From Octopus sinensis (Eukaryota), in NCBI RefSeq assembly GCF_006345805.1, contig NC_043006.1, forward strand, positions 46,066,001 through 46,130,000: 64,000 nucleotides of DNA. Reading direction: 5' to 3'. A program made the position numbers and the translations under genes. Shown here piece after piece: positions 12,775-26,057 of the stretch. Every line of letters begins with the position of its first letter. Position 1 is the stretch's first letter. Below the pieces are notes generated by a model, which worked only from the letters and a program-made list of their open reading frames with translations, had not been told where the DNA came from and searched no databases.

Positions 12775-13600
12775 GTGGATTGGCACTTTCGTTAGAGAAG
12801 TGTGTGTTCCAACACTTGCTATACTGAGATCAAATCTAACCTCTACTAAACTTTGCGTTTCAACCCTTTGTGGTCGTTAAAATATAGTATGTGTCAAGTG
12901 CTGGGGTCGACGGAATCGAGTAAAACCCTCCTTCAAGATTGCTGATTAGTTGCCTAAATCAGAAATTATTGTTATTTTTAGGACAGCAATCCAGTAGAAT
13001 CGTTAGCATGTCGGACGAAATATTTAGCGGCGTTTCATCCAGCCCTTTACGTTCTGAGTTAAAATTCGGCAGAGGATGACTTTGTTTTTCATCCTATCGG
13101 TTAAACCAGAAAAGCACTCGGAGAGCCCAGACCTCCTCCAAGCACCTCATTTTAAGATAGATACGCGAGTAAAATTACTAATAGAGAAACGAAAATAAAG
13201 TTTGGAAACAGCAACGCCACCATAGGTTACGTGGAAATGATGAACGTGTTTTCAAGGGAGATAATCAAAGAACTAACATTGTAATACTTCATGTAAAGTA
13301 AATATAACAAATGAAAAATCCTTCAAGAATCCATAAAAATTCCTGGATCACTACCAAAATTTCATCATTTGTTCTTTGTGTCATTACCAACTTTTCCTGC
13401 ATGTTTCATCAAATGCCATTCACAACTTTTTGAGTTACTTTGCACACAGACGGACAGACGGACAAACCAACGCCGATGGAAACGTAACTTCCTTCCTTGG
13501 CGGAGGTAATAAGTACCAGTTGAGTACTGGCGTCGATATAATCGAATAGATTCCACCCCAAGCATTTTAGGTATTGTGTCTATTAAAGAAAGGATTACTA
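12775..13600 (+). mobile_element. Two old SINE-A copies, the second split by a Helentron-type insert
   Basis: Diverged head, centre and tail motifs. Confidence 0.7.
13103..13510 (-). mobile_element. Non-autonomous Helentron-associated (HINE/DINE-1-like) element
   Basis: Subterminal inverted repeats ACCTCC(T/G)CCAAG / CTTGGCGGAGGT, terminal hairpin GCACTCGGAGAGC, (GACA/GACG)n microsatellite near one end, A/T-run insertion site. Confidence 0.7.
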
Positions 13601-13604
13601 TTGC

Positions 13605-14070
13605 CTCCGAACACAATGGTGAATTAGATAAATGTTGGAGAGAAGGCAACAGCTCCTGAAATATGGCATAAACACTGATTACCCACTTGTGCCTTCGATC
13701 ACATTGTCTGCTTACATTTGAACCTGCTACGAAACGTTGCAGCAAAAATCGATGTTGACAAAAAGATCTAGAGAATATCTGTTGAAACAACCTTGACAAA
13801 ATAATGTAAGAGCACTGCTGACGCAATAGATCTCGTGGTACTGACTTACGAAAAGCATTTAGCGTACCTCATAGTATATTGCGTTTGTATACCAAAGTAC
13901 CACATGCCTACAAATCTTTAATGTTTTCATACCGGCCCCAGGAATGTGTCTAATATGTAAATTGGTATATCCAATAACTTAACACCGCAGTATGCAGTGG
14001 CTATACAAGCAATGTTTTCGGAGACAATTTTGGTGGGTTGGATAAGTGCTGAAGAAGGGACAGTTCTGGC
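13605..14070 (+). mobile_element. Highly decayed non-LTR reverse transcriptase remnant
   Basis: DLRKAFSVPHS-like motif at ~13843-13876 only. Confidence 0.35.
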
Positions 14071-14599
14071 GTTCGAATTCCGACGAGGTCAGCTTTGCCT
14101 TTCATCCTTTCAGAGTCGATGAAATAATGTAGCAGTCAAGTATTCTTTATATAAGACGTGGTTTGCTCAATAAGCTTAATGGTTAGGGTGTTGGACTCAT
14201 CATCGAGAGATAGGGGTTTCGATTCCTATACACAGAAAGCAGACATCCGCAACAGCATAAACATTATTGCAATGCTCAAAATTGTGTTTGGGGAGAGTCG
14301 TTTTCTTTTTGTGCCTTATAATGTAACACACTCACTGGTAAAGAATCTTGCGAACCGAATACAAAAATGAAATATTTAAATTATTTGTCTTAAAAACAAG
14401 AAAAAATAACATTAGATAATCTAATTAGATAATCTGGAGAAAATTGAAAGGCTGAACATCGTGGTATCTTCTGTCATAGGAGTTCTTGATAAAAAATCAC
14501 CATCAAATTTCTGTAGTTTTCGATCAATGCCCACCCGAAACTAATCAGAGAGAACTGTGACAAGTGCAGTGGGATTTGATTGGTGAATATGTAAAAGAA

Positions 14600-14805
14600 G
14601 TTGGAGAGCTGGTAGGATCGTTTCCAAGTCGGGCAAAAATACTTAGCGACATTTCGTCAGTCTTTATGGTCAATTTCCACTGAGGCGGACTTTGCCTCGT
14701 ATTCTTTCGGGGTCTATGAAATAAATACCAGTTGAACACTGGGGTTGATGTAATTGACTTGGACACTTTCTCGAAATTGCTGGTCTTGTGTCAGTTTGAA
14801 ATCAA
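14600..14805 (+). mobile_element. Old SINE-A (A3 tail)
   Basis: Diverged family match. Confidence 0.75.
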
Positions 14806-15017
14806 TATCTAAATAAAGAAAAACAGCTGGAGACTATAAAAATCATTATGGTAATTTACGCGCTGCATAATCGCTGATGTTGACTCGTCGTTTTGTAAAA
14901 AGCTATAAATTGAATGCAACAAGGCATGAGTCAGAGACAAACTAATTACTTTTAAATTAAAATAAGATAAAAATACCTAAATATACATACAAACGCTCAC
15001 ATACATTTATGTATATA

Positions 15018-15248
15018 CAGTAGTCCCTCGATAATCGCGGGCGTTACCTACCAAAACCCATCCGCGATAGGTGAAAATCCGCGAAGTAGAAGCAGTACTG
15101 TACCGTATATTTTTATTTTTATAATTTGTATATATTTATTTATATATAAATACAAGACAACACCACGGAGGAATCGACGTAAGCTTAAATAATAAACTGC
15201 GATATGTGAAACGCGATAAGTGAACCGCGATATGGAGAGGGATTATTA
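15018..15248. mobile_element. pogo/Tigger-like MITE
   Basis: TA|CAGTAGTCCCTCGATAATCGCG ... CGCGATATGGAGAGGGATTATTA|TA; partial second copy at ~55878-56043. Confidence 0.75.
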
Positions 15249-15804
15249 TATTTTATGTTGATCTACAATAAAAACAATTTAACAGTAAAATGAAGAATTA
15301 TACATTGCTATTGATTAGCGCAAATAATGATTATAATTTTACGAGAAGAGGTGTGATAGTGAATTCGAAGTTTTGGTCTGCTAATCGTCATCGAACTGCG
15401 CTATATTTGGGTACTTTTTAGGTCTTGTATGTCCATGTGATTCCTCAAAGAGGAGTGGGTGCCTGAGTGATTGTATGTGCATACAGAAGTATACATATAT
15501 GAGACTGAATATGTACATGCATAGGTTTATGTATGTATCTATATGTAAAAGTATACTTTCCTTTTGCTCTTCACTATTGTCCTCGCTATACATCTACTGC
15601 CCTTGACAATACGAACACAAAAGCCTAATTGCCATTCAAACGTAACTTCGACTACATCCGCCAAGAACACCTCCCCACCCAAAACAAAAATAACACAACT
15701 TATGAAAAAAACTATATAGAGCTAACAGGGACTCACGTGGAGCAGAGACCGATGAAAGCTGAGATCGGAAACGTTGACAGTCACTGTCACACCTCTTATA
15801 AAAG

Positions 15805-16152
15805 TATATTATATATATATATATAATATATATATATTATATATATATATATATTATATATATATATATACGTGTGGAGATATATATATTATATATATAT
15901 ATGTATGTATATAAATGTATATATATTGTGATATATGTGTTTATATGTATATACCTCTGAGTATATATATATATATGTATATATATATAATATGTAGATA
16001 TTTTTATATATAAATGTATATATCTATTTTTGAGTGTGTGCGTGTATATACATATATTTATAAAACATATAAAATACATAGATATTTATGTATGTCCAAA
16101 TGTATCTGTCTATGTCTGAGTGTGTGCGTATATATATATATATATATATATA

Positions 16153-16222
<70 letters not shown>

Positions 16223-16759
16223 CATGTATGTCTGTATGTATGCATGCGTGTGTTTATATGTGTGTAAGAATGGAAGAGAAAAGAAATTGCGTCTATTTTG
16301 TTACGTTACCACATTGATTGGAAAATAGATAGGTAGTGAGATAACCGCGGACATGAAGACAGACAAATATGACAAGAACACAGATTGATAAATAGATCGG
16401 GAAGGCGAATCATCCAAGTGAAAGGTCATATATAAGAAGCGAGAATGAAACGGAAAACCTTAGTATATTGTAATGGAATGTGAAGAACATTTGTAAACAA
16501 AGCCGAGATCGGTGACATTACCACCTAGAAATAATATTAATCCCCTTCAATCGCATTCTACCATTTCAAAAGGGGTGACATTCAAGTGTTATTGACGATG
16601 ATTTCTTTGAATGAAACCGCATACTTACATATATATATATATGTATATATATATAAATATATAAATATATATATATATGTGTGTGTGTGTGTGTTGTGTG
16701 TGTGTGTGCGTGTGTATGTGTATATATATATGCATATGCATATATATGTGTGTGCGTGT

Positions 16760-16821
<62 letters not shown>

Positions 16822-16955
16822 TATATATATATATATTATATATATATATGCATATGCATATATATGTGTGTGCGTGTATACGTATACCTATAAATGTATA
16901 TGTATAAATATATATGTATACATACATATATATATGTATACATACATATATATAC

Positions 16956-17021
<66 letters not shown>

Positions 17022-17050
17022 GTATATACACACGCATGTATATATATTGT
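15805..17050. repeat. (TA)n/(TG)n compound microsatellite fields
   Basis: Directly visible; similar fields at 20620-21400, 21840-22270, 49440-51540, 54680-55300 and 61870-62280. Confidence 0.95.
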
Positions 17051-17899
17051 GAAAAGTGTATAATTGAATAAACTGTACGTGTGTACGTGAGCGGGGCGGG
17101 GGAGACTTTGTGTCATAAATGCACAGATCGATACACAGTTAGATGGGTACTTAGATTGATAGATAGGGACATATATATAGAGATATATACTGGCGTGAAT
17201 TTCAATGAATAATTTGAAGAGATGAAACCTATTCAAATGTCATCATTCGATACCCTGATAGAGAAGGATAGTTAAAAAATGAAATTGAGGTAAAGATACC
17301 CGGCACGTGGGAAAATATTAATAAACTTGATTAAAGTTTATGTATGAAATTAGGAGAAAATGATGTGATTAGAGCAGATAACTCCTAGTTGAATGTTTCC
17401 ATGATGAATCAGATATAACACGTTGATATATTGGGTATTACGCATCGAGAAGACAAAACCGTCATGTCATGAATGATGGAAAGCTATTTCTTTCGTTGAA
17501 AAGATTCAGATTAATATTTACGCGCGTGCGCATGTGTGCGTATGTGCGTGTGAGTATGTATGTATATATATATATATATATGTATGTATGTGTGTGAGAT
17601 GTGTGTGTATATATGTATTTATATATATATAAATATATAATAATGTATGTGTGATGTGTGCGTGTGTTGGGGGGTGTATGCGTGCGTGTGTGTGTGTGTG
17701 AGTGTGTGTGTGTGGTTAATATCGAACAATGAGGTTTAGTGTTCAACACCGCATTATTGTTGGATATATATTCTTTATTTGTGGATTGACAAGGTCACCA
17801 TTGGTTTCATGCGGAAAGTTCTCTGCAATTATCAGGGCCTGTCACATAGGACTTTGGTATTCGCCAACATCTGATGCGTCTGTGTCTATGAATTAATTT

Positions 17900-19050
17900 T
17901 ATTTGATTTGATCTAGTTTCAGGTGATGAGCTATGGCCATGCTGGGGCACCGCCATTTGGTGTTGCTATTTTACTTCTCTAATTCTTTTTAGAAATTGCC
18001 GTTTGGTGCATGACGGAGTTTGATACCGTTCCCCTCATATGCACTTCCTTCTGTGAAGTTGGTTTATCTGGGACACTTGATAGTAAGAGGTCTAGTTTCG
18101 TTTTGAAGACATTTACATCCACCCTATGTAGGTCTCTTAGGTCCTTCCGGAGGATATTGAAGATCTGTGGGCCTTTAAAGTGAAGGCTGTTGCAATATCT
18201 TGTCCTAAATCTTGACGGCAAAGTTGGAGTCATTGGCACGAAGCAGTGGTGCCTTGTTCTAGCATTCGTAACTCTCGATGCCAGTGTTTGGAGCAAGTCC
18301 CTCTAGGATCTTCCAGATGTACATTATGCCATATAATTCCCGCCTATACTCTAGGGAGTAGAGCCTCAATCTCTTGAGTTTTTGCTAGTAGCTTATATGC
18401 TGCATAAAGGTTATCTTCTTCGTGTACCTTCGTTGGATTGCCTCAAGTTCTGCAATTAATTTTACAATGGTTGGTGACCAGACCTGGGAGCAACAGCCAA
18501 AGCGGCTGAGGACAAGTGTCCTCTAGAGGACCATCATGGTTTCTTGATCTCACGTTCTAAAAGTTCTAAGAATCCATCCGGTCAGCCACCTGCATTTCAT
18601 TGCCAACTTAGCAACATGCACATGAACGGATGCACCATTAGTCACATAAATGCCAGGTCTCGCAATGACTGTGTCTCTGGGGGTTTCAATCCCTCCAGAT
18701 CCAGTGTATTTAATTGGTATTGCCTTTAGTTTTGCATGTTGATAGTACAAGGCTTGAAACTTTTCACCATTAAACTGCATTCTATTCTTCTCAGCCCACT
18801 TAGCGCCTTCAGGGTTCTGTATCATCTGTGAGACTTTTGTATCATTTGCATAACTTGTGATCGTGGCTCACTGTGCAACTGAGGGAATATCTGAGAGGGC
18901 CATTATTAACAGTAGTGGTCCAAAAACAGTACCTTGCTCTCTATTTACGTGCCATTGGAGGTGGCCCCATTGGCTGCTACCACGTGACTTCTATCCTTCA
19001 GAAAGCCATGCAGTCATTCTCCCAGTTTCCGGACTATGCCAAGATCACGC
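17900..19050 (-). mobile_element. CR1-clade LINE, 5'-truncated and decayed
   Basis: GTVFGPLL..SYANDTK RT motifs, WAEKNRMQFNGEKFQAL, CSQVWSP, KGPQIFNIL..FKTKLDLLLSSVPD C-terminus; short 3' UTR with tandem tail. Confidence 0.85.
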
Positions 19051-19058
19051 CTTATGGC

Positions 19059-19131
19059 CGTGGGCATATGGTAGGCGTAGTGGTCAAGGGGACAAAATCC
19101 CCCAAATTATAAATGATGTAAATAATGTAAA
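19059..19131 (+). mobile_element. Deleted remnant of the Penelope terminal repeat (start of tRNA-like module plus AAATAATGT repeats)
   Basis: GTGGGCATATGG..GTAGTGGTCAAG then GACAAAATCC..GTAAATAATGTAAAT, matching the element at 40831-41555. Confidence 0.5.
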
Positions 19132-19175
19132 TATATATATATATATACAAACACACACACATTTATATATTTATA

Positions 19176-19394
19176 TACTCTTACTCTTTTTACTCTATTA
19201 CTTGTTTCAGTCATTTTACTGCGGCCAAGCAGGAGCACCGCCTTTTAGTCGAGCAAATCGACCCCGGGACTTATTCTTTGTAAGCCCAGTACTTATTCTA
19301 TCGGTATTTTTTGCCGAACCGCTAAGTGACGGGGACGTAAACACACCAGCATCGGTTGTCAAGCGATGTTGGGGGGACAAACACAGACACACAA

Positions 19395-19455
<61 letters not shown>

Positions 19456-19620
19456 TACGACACGCTTCTTTCAGTTTCCGTCTACCAAATCCACTCACAA
19501 GGCATTGGTCGGCCCGGGGCTATAGCAGAAGACACTTGCCCAAGATGCCACGCAGTGGGACTGAACCCGGAACCATGTGGTTTGTTAGCAAGCTACTTAC
19601 CACACAGCCACTCCTGCGCT
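19176..19620 (-). mobile_element. SINE-B full-length (a partial copy follows at 19668-19800)
   Basis: Complete head-to-tail match. Confidence 0.92.
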
Positions 19621-20708
19621 TATATATATATATATAGACATAAATATGCGTATGTATATGCATATATATTCTTTTATTAGTTTCAGTCATTTGAGCATCG
19701 CCTTTAGTCGAGCAAATCGATGTCATCGTAATCCAAATACTTATTCTATCGGTCTCTTTTGCCGAACCGCTAAGATTCGGGGGCGGAAACACACCAACAT
19801 ACACGCGCGCGCGCGCACACACACACACACACACTCACACACATGTATGTATAATACACGGCCAGAGACATGTTTATTTACACGCTTGTCTGTATGTGTG
19901 CATTTTTTAACGTTTAAGTTTGAAAAGAAAGAATTATTAATGCTTTACTTTCCTTTGTATCTGAATCTATAGCGTTTCGACAAATAGTGAACGAGTAAAT
20001 AAGCACCTGTGTGATAAAAACACACAATTAAGTCGATATAATGGGTAAAAAAAAAAACCCTCGAAAGCGCTTCTTCAATATGGCTTCTTCAAGTGAAACG
20101 TCCGTAATCAGTAAAATAAAAATACAGGCCACTGAAGTCTGACATACATTGAATTGTTCTCATATGTCTGTGTGTATGTGGAGAGAGAGATATATTCAGA
20201 AAGCGATGAGAAGAGGAAGAAATAAAGAGACAGAAAGATAGATAGATAAATAGCGGGAGAGAGAGAGAGAGAGAGAGAGAGTGAGATCTTATCTTGGAAT
20301 ACTCAACCACTAAAAAACAAAGCGTGTTGGTTACTTTATAGTAATGTATGATTTATATTCATTCTAGTCATTTGATATCCAAATGTTAAGCTGTAGATAC
20401 GTGTATATATCATAGTGTTTTTTCTGTCATTGTTCTTTATCATGTTCTTTTTTATATTATTGTTATTTTATTTTAATAAATCCTCAAATTAATTATAACA
20501 TCAGTCAACATCGTAAAGGTCTTGAATTATAGTTCGCTTAAATATATATCAGTGTCATTCGTGTGAAAGGGTCGTGGAAATTAACACCGGATGTGCATAG
20601 GTCTGTGTATGCAGAGATGTCTGTATGTGTGTGTGTATACATACACATATGCATACATAAACATAAATATATAAATACATATATTATATATATGTATATA
20701 TTTATATG

Positions 20709-20740
<32 letters not shown>

Positions 20741-20932
20741 ATATATATACATATAAATATATACATGTATATATATATATGTATTTATATATTTATGTTT
20801 ATGTATGCATATGAGTATGTGTACACACACACATATATATATACACACACTCACATATATATATGTATATATATACATATATTATGTATATATATATGTA
20901 TATATATATATTGTATATATATATATATATAT

Positions 20933-21008
<76 letters not shown>

Positions 21009-21306
21009 GAACATAAGTATATATATATATGTATCCATATGTATGCATGCACACATACATGTATATGCATGTATGAATTATTATATATAAACATATATAT
21101 GTGTGTGTGTGTGTGTGTGCGTGTGCGTGTGTGTGTGTATAAATAGAGAACACATGTACACACATACACGCACACATACATACATACATACATACATACA
21201 TACATACATACATACATACATACATACATACATACATACATGTATGTATATAAATTAGCACAAACAAGAAACATTTGTCAAAAGCAATAAATTATACTTA
21301 TACAAA

Positions 21307-21343
<37 letters not shown>

Positions 21344-22106
21344 TAGATAAACACACACACACACACACACACACAGAAACACACACACACATACTCATAC
21401 ATACTCACACAAGTATATGTTTTAATTTATTGTCGTTGAATTATCTTCCTTGTTCGTGTTAATCTTTCATATGAAGTTACTGTTTAACTTATGATCTTAT
21501 CACAAAGATGAGCCAAGCACTAACGTTTCTCTTGTAACAGCAATGTCAGTTTTCAACTTAAACGGCCTTCTCTCTCGATCTCTTCATATCTCTCCTTTCT
21601 TTCACATCACTTCCTGTGTTGTTTTTTTTTTTTCTATTATACACGCCCTTATTTCCATTTTCTTTCCATTTCTTGTTCCGAGTCTTATTATTTCACAAAT
21701 TTATCATTTTTTTTCTTCTTAAATTATCGTTTCAGTCTTTTTTTATTTTTATTTTCTTGGTTATATTGTTATTTATGCATTTATTAGTAACTTGAATTTT
21801 TCTGTTCTCTTCAAAACACGAATTATTTCAGGTTTCATTACACGCACACACACACATACACACACGCACACCCACGACATATATACATATATTTATACAC
21901 ACTCACACATATATGTACGTACATGTGCGTAAACAGAAGCTCACCCATTTATATATATGTATGTATATACATATGTGTGTGTGTATTTGTATTCATATAT
22001 ATATGTGCACACACACGCACATTTATATACACACACGCACATATATATATACATATATATATATATGTATGTATGTATATATACACACGCACACCCATAT
22101 ACAAAC

Positions 22107-22143
<37 letters not shown>

Positions 22144-22400
22144 CATATATACTCACGAACATACATGCACACATACATATATTTCTATGCATATATATAT
22201 GTGTGTGTGAGTGTGTGTATGTGTGTGTGTCTTCACACGCACATATATTCTATATACAAACGTGTGAATGTTTGTGTGTGAGTACGTGTGTACGTGTCTA
22301 TATGTGCAATGTTAGCAATTATCTCCGCGCTGTAAATCTATCTTCTAGTGCCTATAATTATACCTGTCCTTTTTAGTACTATAATCCAAGATACCTCATT

Positions 22401-22444
<44 letters not shown>

Positions 22445-23217
22445 TCCATCACATCCCACAACCCTTTACTACATCGTACTTCTTACATACGTCTTTAGAC
22501 ACTTAACTAAACATTAGATATAATCTACAAGAAAAAAATAACTTTATAATGATATTGTCTTAAAACATAAAGCATTAGTTATACACGCGTATATTTTTAC
22601 AACTCATGTTACACACACGCTCGCGTATATGTGAATATTTCTTCCTGTTAGATATTATAAATATTATTACGTTTCTCTACACGTAAACTTGAAAGACATA
22701 CTAACTACTGTATATATATATTTTGTTTCTTGTTCTCTCATAACGTTCGTTGGATATGGACATTATCTGCCGTGTTTTATGATTCTGTAGTGTTAGAACA
22801 TGCAGATCTTTGAATGATTATGATGGCGGATTTTAGAGTCTCTAAAATGTTCTTTAACCATTTTTACAAGTTTCTTCAGGTTGCTAAGTAACCGTTTTTC
22901 ATTCTTGAAACACAAGACTGACGCGAACAAATTTAGTTCCTAATTTATGAGTCCGGTTAATGTGCTAAGTGCATACACTTGCTGACATATAGAATTATGT
23001 ATATATGTATCAACACACACACACACATACACACACACACACACACACACTCGCACACGCACACAGACACGCACACAGACACACACACAGACACACACAG
23101 ACACATACACACACACACACACACACCACACACACACACACACTCATCTCTATGTGAGCCTGCGTGAGTGCATGTGTTTTTCGTAAAGGAAGCGTTGTAA
23201 AGTGTAAAAAAAGAAGA

Positions 23218-23514
23218 GATGTTTCCTTCTTCGGCCATGCCAGGCTCATAAGGGCCGGTTTCCCGATTTCAGTGGCGTAGAAATTCCCCACCTGGATAGG
23301 ACGCCGATTCGTCCCAGAATTACTCATTTACTCTTTTACTTGTTTCAGTCATTTGACAGTGGCCATGCTGGAGCACTGCCTTTAGTCAAGCAAATCGACC
23401 CCAGGACTTATTCTTTGTAAGACTAGTACTTATTCTATCGGTCTCTTTTGCCGAACTGCTAAGTTACGGGGACGTAAACACACCAGCATCGGTTGTCAAG
23501 CGATGTTGGGGGGA

Positions 23515-23574
<60 letters not shown>

Positions 23575-23900
23575 AAAATATATACATATATACGACGGGC
23601 TTCTTTCAGTTTCCGTCTACCAAATCCACTCACAAGGCTTTGGTCGACCCGAGGCTATAGTAGAAGATAGATGCCCAAGGTGCCACGCAGTGGGACTGAA
23701 CCCGGAACCATGTGGTTGGTAAGCAAGCTACTTACCACACAGCCACTCCTATTACTCATTTTTGTCAGCTGAATGGACTGGAGCAACATGAAATGAAGTG
23801 TTTTGCTCAAGATCGCAACGCATCACCCGGACCAGGAATTGAAACCACAATCTTATGATCATGTGTCCAACACCCTAACCACTAAACCACGCTCCTCCAC
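23218..23900 (-). mobile_element. SINE-C-related tRNA SINE with CORE/V-like centre, interrupted by SINE-B
   Basis: Head GGAGGAGCGTGGTTTAGTGGTTAGG..GGTTTCAATTCC; CTCCAGTCCATTCAGCTG..AAATGAGTA; GGCGTCCTATCCAGGTGGGG. Confidence 0.7.
23330..23750 (-). mobile_element. SINE-B with 11-bp TSD
   Basis: TSD ATTACTCATTT at 23319-23329 and 23751-23761. Confidence 0.93.
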
Positions 23901-23914
23901 GTTATAAAATGTAC

Positions 23915-24366
23915 CGGCTTCAAATTTCTGGATACGACCAACAACTTCAGGAGAGAGGTGTGAGTCGATTACATCGACCTCAGCGCTCAACTGGTTCTTA
24001 TTTAATCGGCCTCGCAAGGAGATGGAAAACAAAGTCAACCTCGGCGGAATTTGAACTCAGAACGTAAAGACGGATGAAATGCCGCTAAACAGTTTTTGTC
24101 TTCCATGCTTATGATTCTGCTTTACAATCATCGTAAAATATATTGGTTTCGATTTCTGGTGCATGGCCAGCAATTTCGGGGTAGGTGATAAGACGATTCC
24201 ATCAACCCCAGTGTTCAACTGGTGCTTGCTTATTTTATCGGTTCCGAAAGGGGATGAAAGACGAAGTCAGCCTCGGTGGAATCTAAACCCAGAATGTAAA
24301 AACTGACGAAATGTCGCTAAGCATTATGGGTGGCGTGCTAACAACGATTCTGCCTCTTCATCGCCT
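23915..24366 (-). mobile_element. Two tandem old SINE-A (A3 tail) copies
   Basis: Family match. Confidence 0.8.
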
Positions 24367-24385
24367 TACAAGCTTCGGAAGTATA

Positions 24386-24760
24386 TCTCTCTCTATATAA
24401 ACGGCAGTTTGTCTGTGCGTGTTTCTGTGTGTCTGTTTTCTTGTACCCTCACCCTGACCACGGCTTTCAACCGATTCTGATGAACTTGACACACACATAG
24501 CCCAATGTCATAATTCAAAACTAACGCAGCGAAAACTTTGAAAAGTTCCCCCAGTTCTGAAAAAAATCGATAAATTCGACATGGGGTCGAGAATCAGAAC
24601 ACAAACCGCAAACTGTCTAGGGGACGCAACTCCACCTTTTTAACTAAAAAAAAAATTTACCATTTTTTCCATCTTTTTGCTATTTTTTGGCTATAATTCT
24701 CTAAAAATGCTTTATATTTATTTCCCTTACAACCTGAGCAACGCCGGGCGATACTGCTAG
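24386..24760 (+). mobile_element. Non-autonomous Helitron
   Basis: A|TC 5' end, 3' hairpin CCTGAGCAACGCCGGG, CTAG|T terminus, no TSD. Confidence 0.8.
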
Positions 24761-25038
24761 TCAAAAATATATTTTACGTTGTGCAGTGCAAACATTATCT
24801 GATATGGAACTAAATCTTTTGGGTAGAGTAGATAGATATGATTATTAAGTCAAAAGTTGACAGCTTAATCTGTGTTAACACGTCACTGGAGTGGTTTGGA
24901 ATAGTTCACCCTAGGCTGGGCCGTATGGTTGTCGTGAATAACCCATCTTTAGTTTGAAACGAAGTCAGTTAAATATTGACAAAATATAATGTAGAATAAT
25001 ATAAATATAACTAATATCTATCTATCTGTCTGCCTGAA

Positions 25039-25452
25039 AGGCAGCGAGCTGGGAGAAACGTTAGCACGCCGGGCGAAATGCGTAGCCGTATTTCGTCTGC
25101 CGTTACGTTCTGAGTTCAAATTCCGCCGAGGTCGACTTTGCCTTTCATCCTTTCGGGGTCGATTAAATAAGTACCAGTTACGTACTGGAGTCGATATAAT
25201 CGACTTAATCCGTTTATATGTCCTTGTTTGTCCCCTCTGTGTGTAGCCCCTTGTGGGCAGTAAAGAAATAGGTATTTCGTCTGCCGCTACGTTCTGAGTT
25301 CAAATTCCGCCGAGGTTGACTTTGTCTTTCATCCTTTCGGAGTTGATTAAATAAGTACCAGCTACGCACCGGGGTCAATATAATCGACTTAGTCCGTTTG
25401 TCTGTCCTTGTTTGTCCCCTCTATGTTTAGCCCCTTGCGGGCAATAAAGAAT
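25039..25452 (+). mobile_element. SINE-A1 dimer
   Basis: GAAATA|GGTATTTCG junction at ~25270. Confidence 0.92.
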
Positions 25453-25819
25453 TCGGTTGCGTAAAATTCGTTATGGAATATTGTCCCCGTTTTATCATTG
25501 AACTGTAAACATGATTTCAATTCGCACCGAGTTCCGCTTCAAATTCACTTTCATTTGTACTTTGTGCGGAAGGGTTTAGCTTAGTGGTCATGACGTGTGG
25601 AGGAGGCTTATCTTAGTGGTCATAGTATGTAGCTCGTAATCATGGCCGTAGATTCAGTTCCAGAGTACGGCGTCGCTGTTACATCCTGGCAGTTCCGCTG
25701 TGTCAAAGGTGAGGTGGATGGAGAGGGGGTATTAGTGTTTATGACCGTCCGCGACAACTGAACATCTAAAACAAGTTGTGAGAGCATGGGACATGTTAAA
25801 AAAAAAAATCGTAGTTTTA

Positions 25820-25935
25820 CGTGATTGGGTTATTAACAGCTTGAAGCGATGGCGTGGCCAAGTCTTTTCGAACGTTCTAGAATCTGACTTCCGGTCCTCT
25901 ATAAAAACCGTTCTGCGCGCATTTTTACTAGTCAG
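25820..25935 (+). promoter_or_regulatory. Putative heat-shock-responsive Pol II core promoter
   Basis: Reverse CCAAT 25824-25828; HSE cGAAcgTTCtaGAAt 25869-25883; ETS-like ACTTCCGG 25887-25894; TATAAAA at 25900; Inr-like CTAGTC with A at 25930 (30 nt after TATA). Confidence 0.6.
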
Positions 25936-26057
25936 ACGACCTAGGAAGACGGCTAAGACAAAGGGCGTGGACAGATGACTGGAACCTCCGTCACTACGAA
26001 TATAGCACAATTGTTATCAGTTATGTAGGATAAGCTTAATCAGTAGCATTCGTAAGC
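25930..26057 (+). other. Putative non-coding first exon
   Basis: Runs from the Inr to donor AGC|GTGAGT (alternative TTC|GTAAGC at 26052); no long ORF. Confidence 0.4.

Noticed and set aside
15745-15782. CCGATGA..GGAAACGTT hammerhead-like motif
   Set aside because: Stem II and stem I do not pair convincingly
18857-19834. Recurrent ORFs such as YDGLLSVSVYQIHSQGFGRPEAIVEDTCPRCHAVGLNPEPCGW
   Set aside because: Antisense translation of SINE-B, repeated at every copy
15837-23327. Many ORFs rich in YI/CV/HT dipeptides
   Set aside because: Translations of (TA)n, (TG)n and (CATA)n microsatellites
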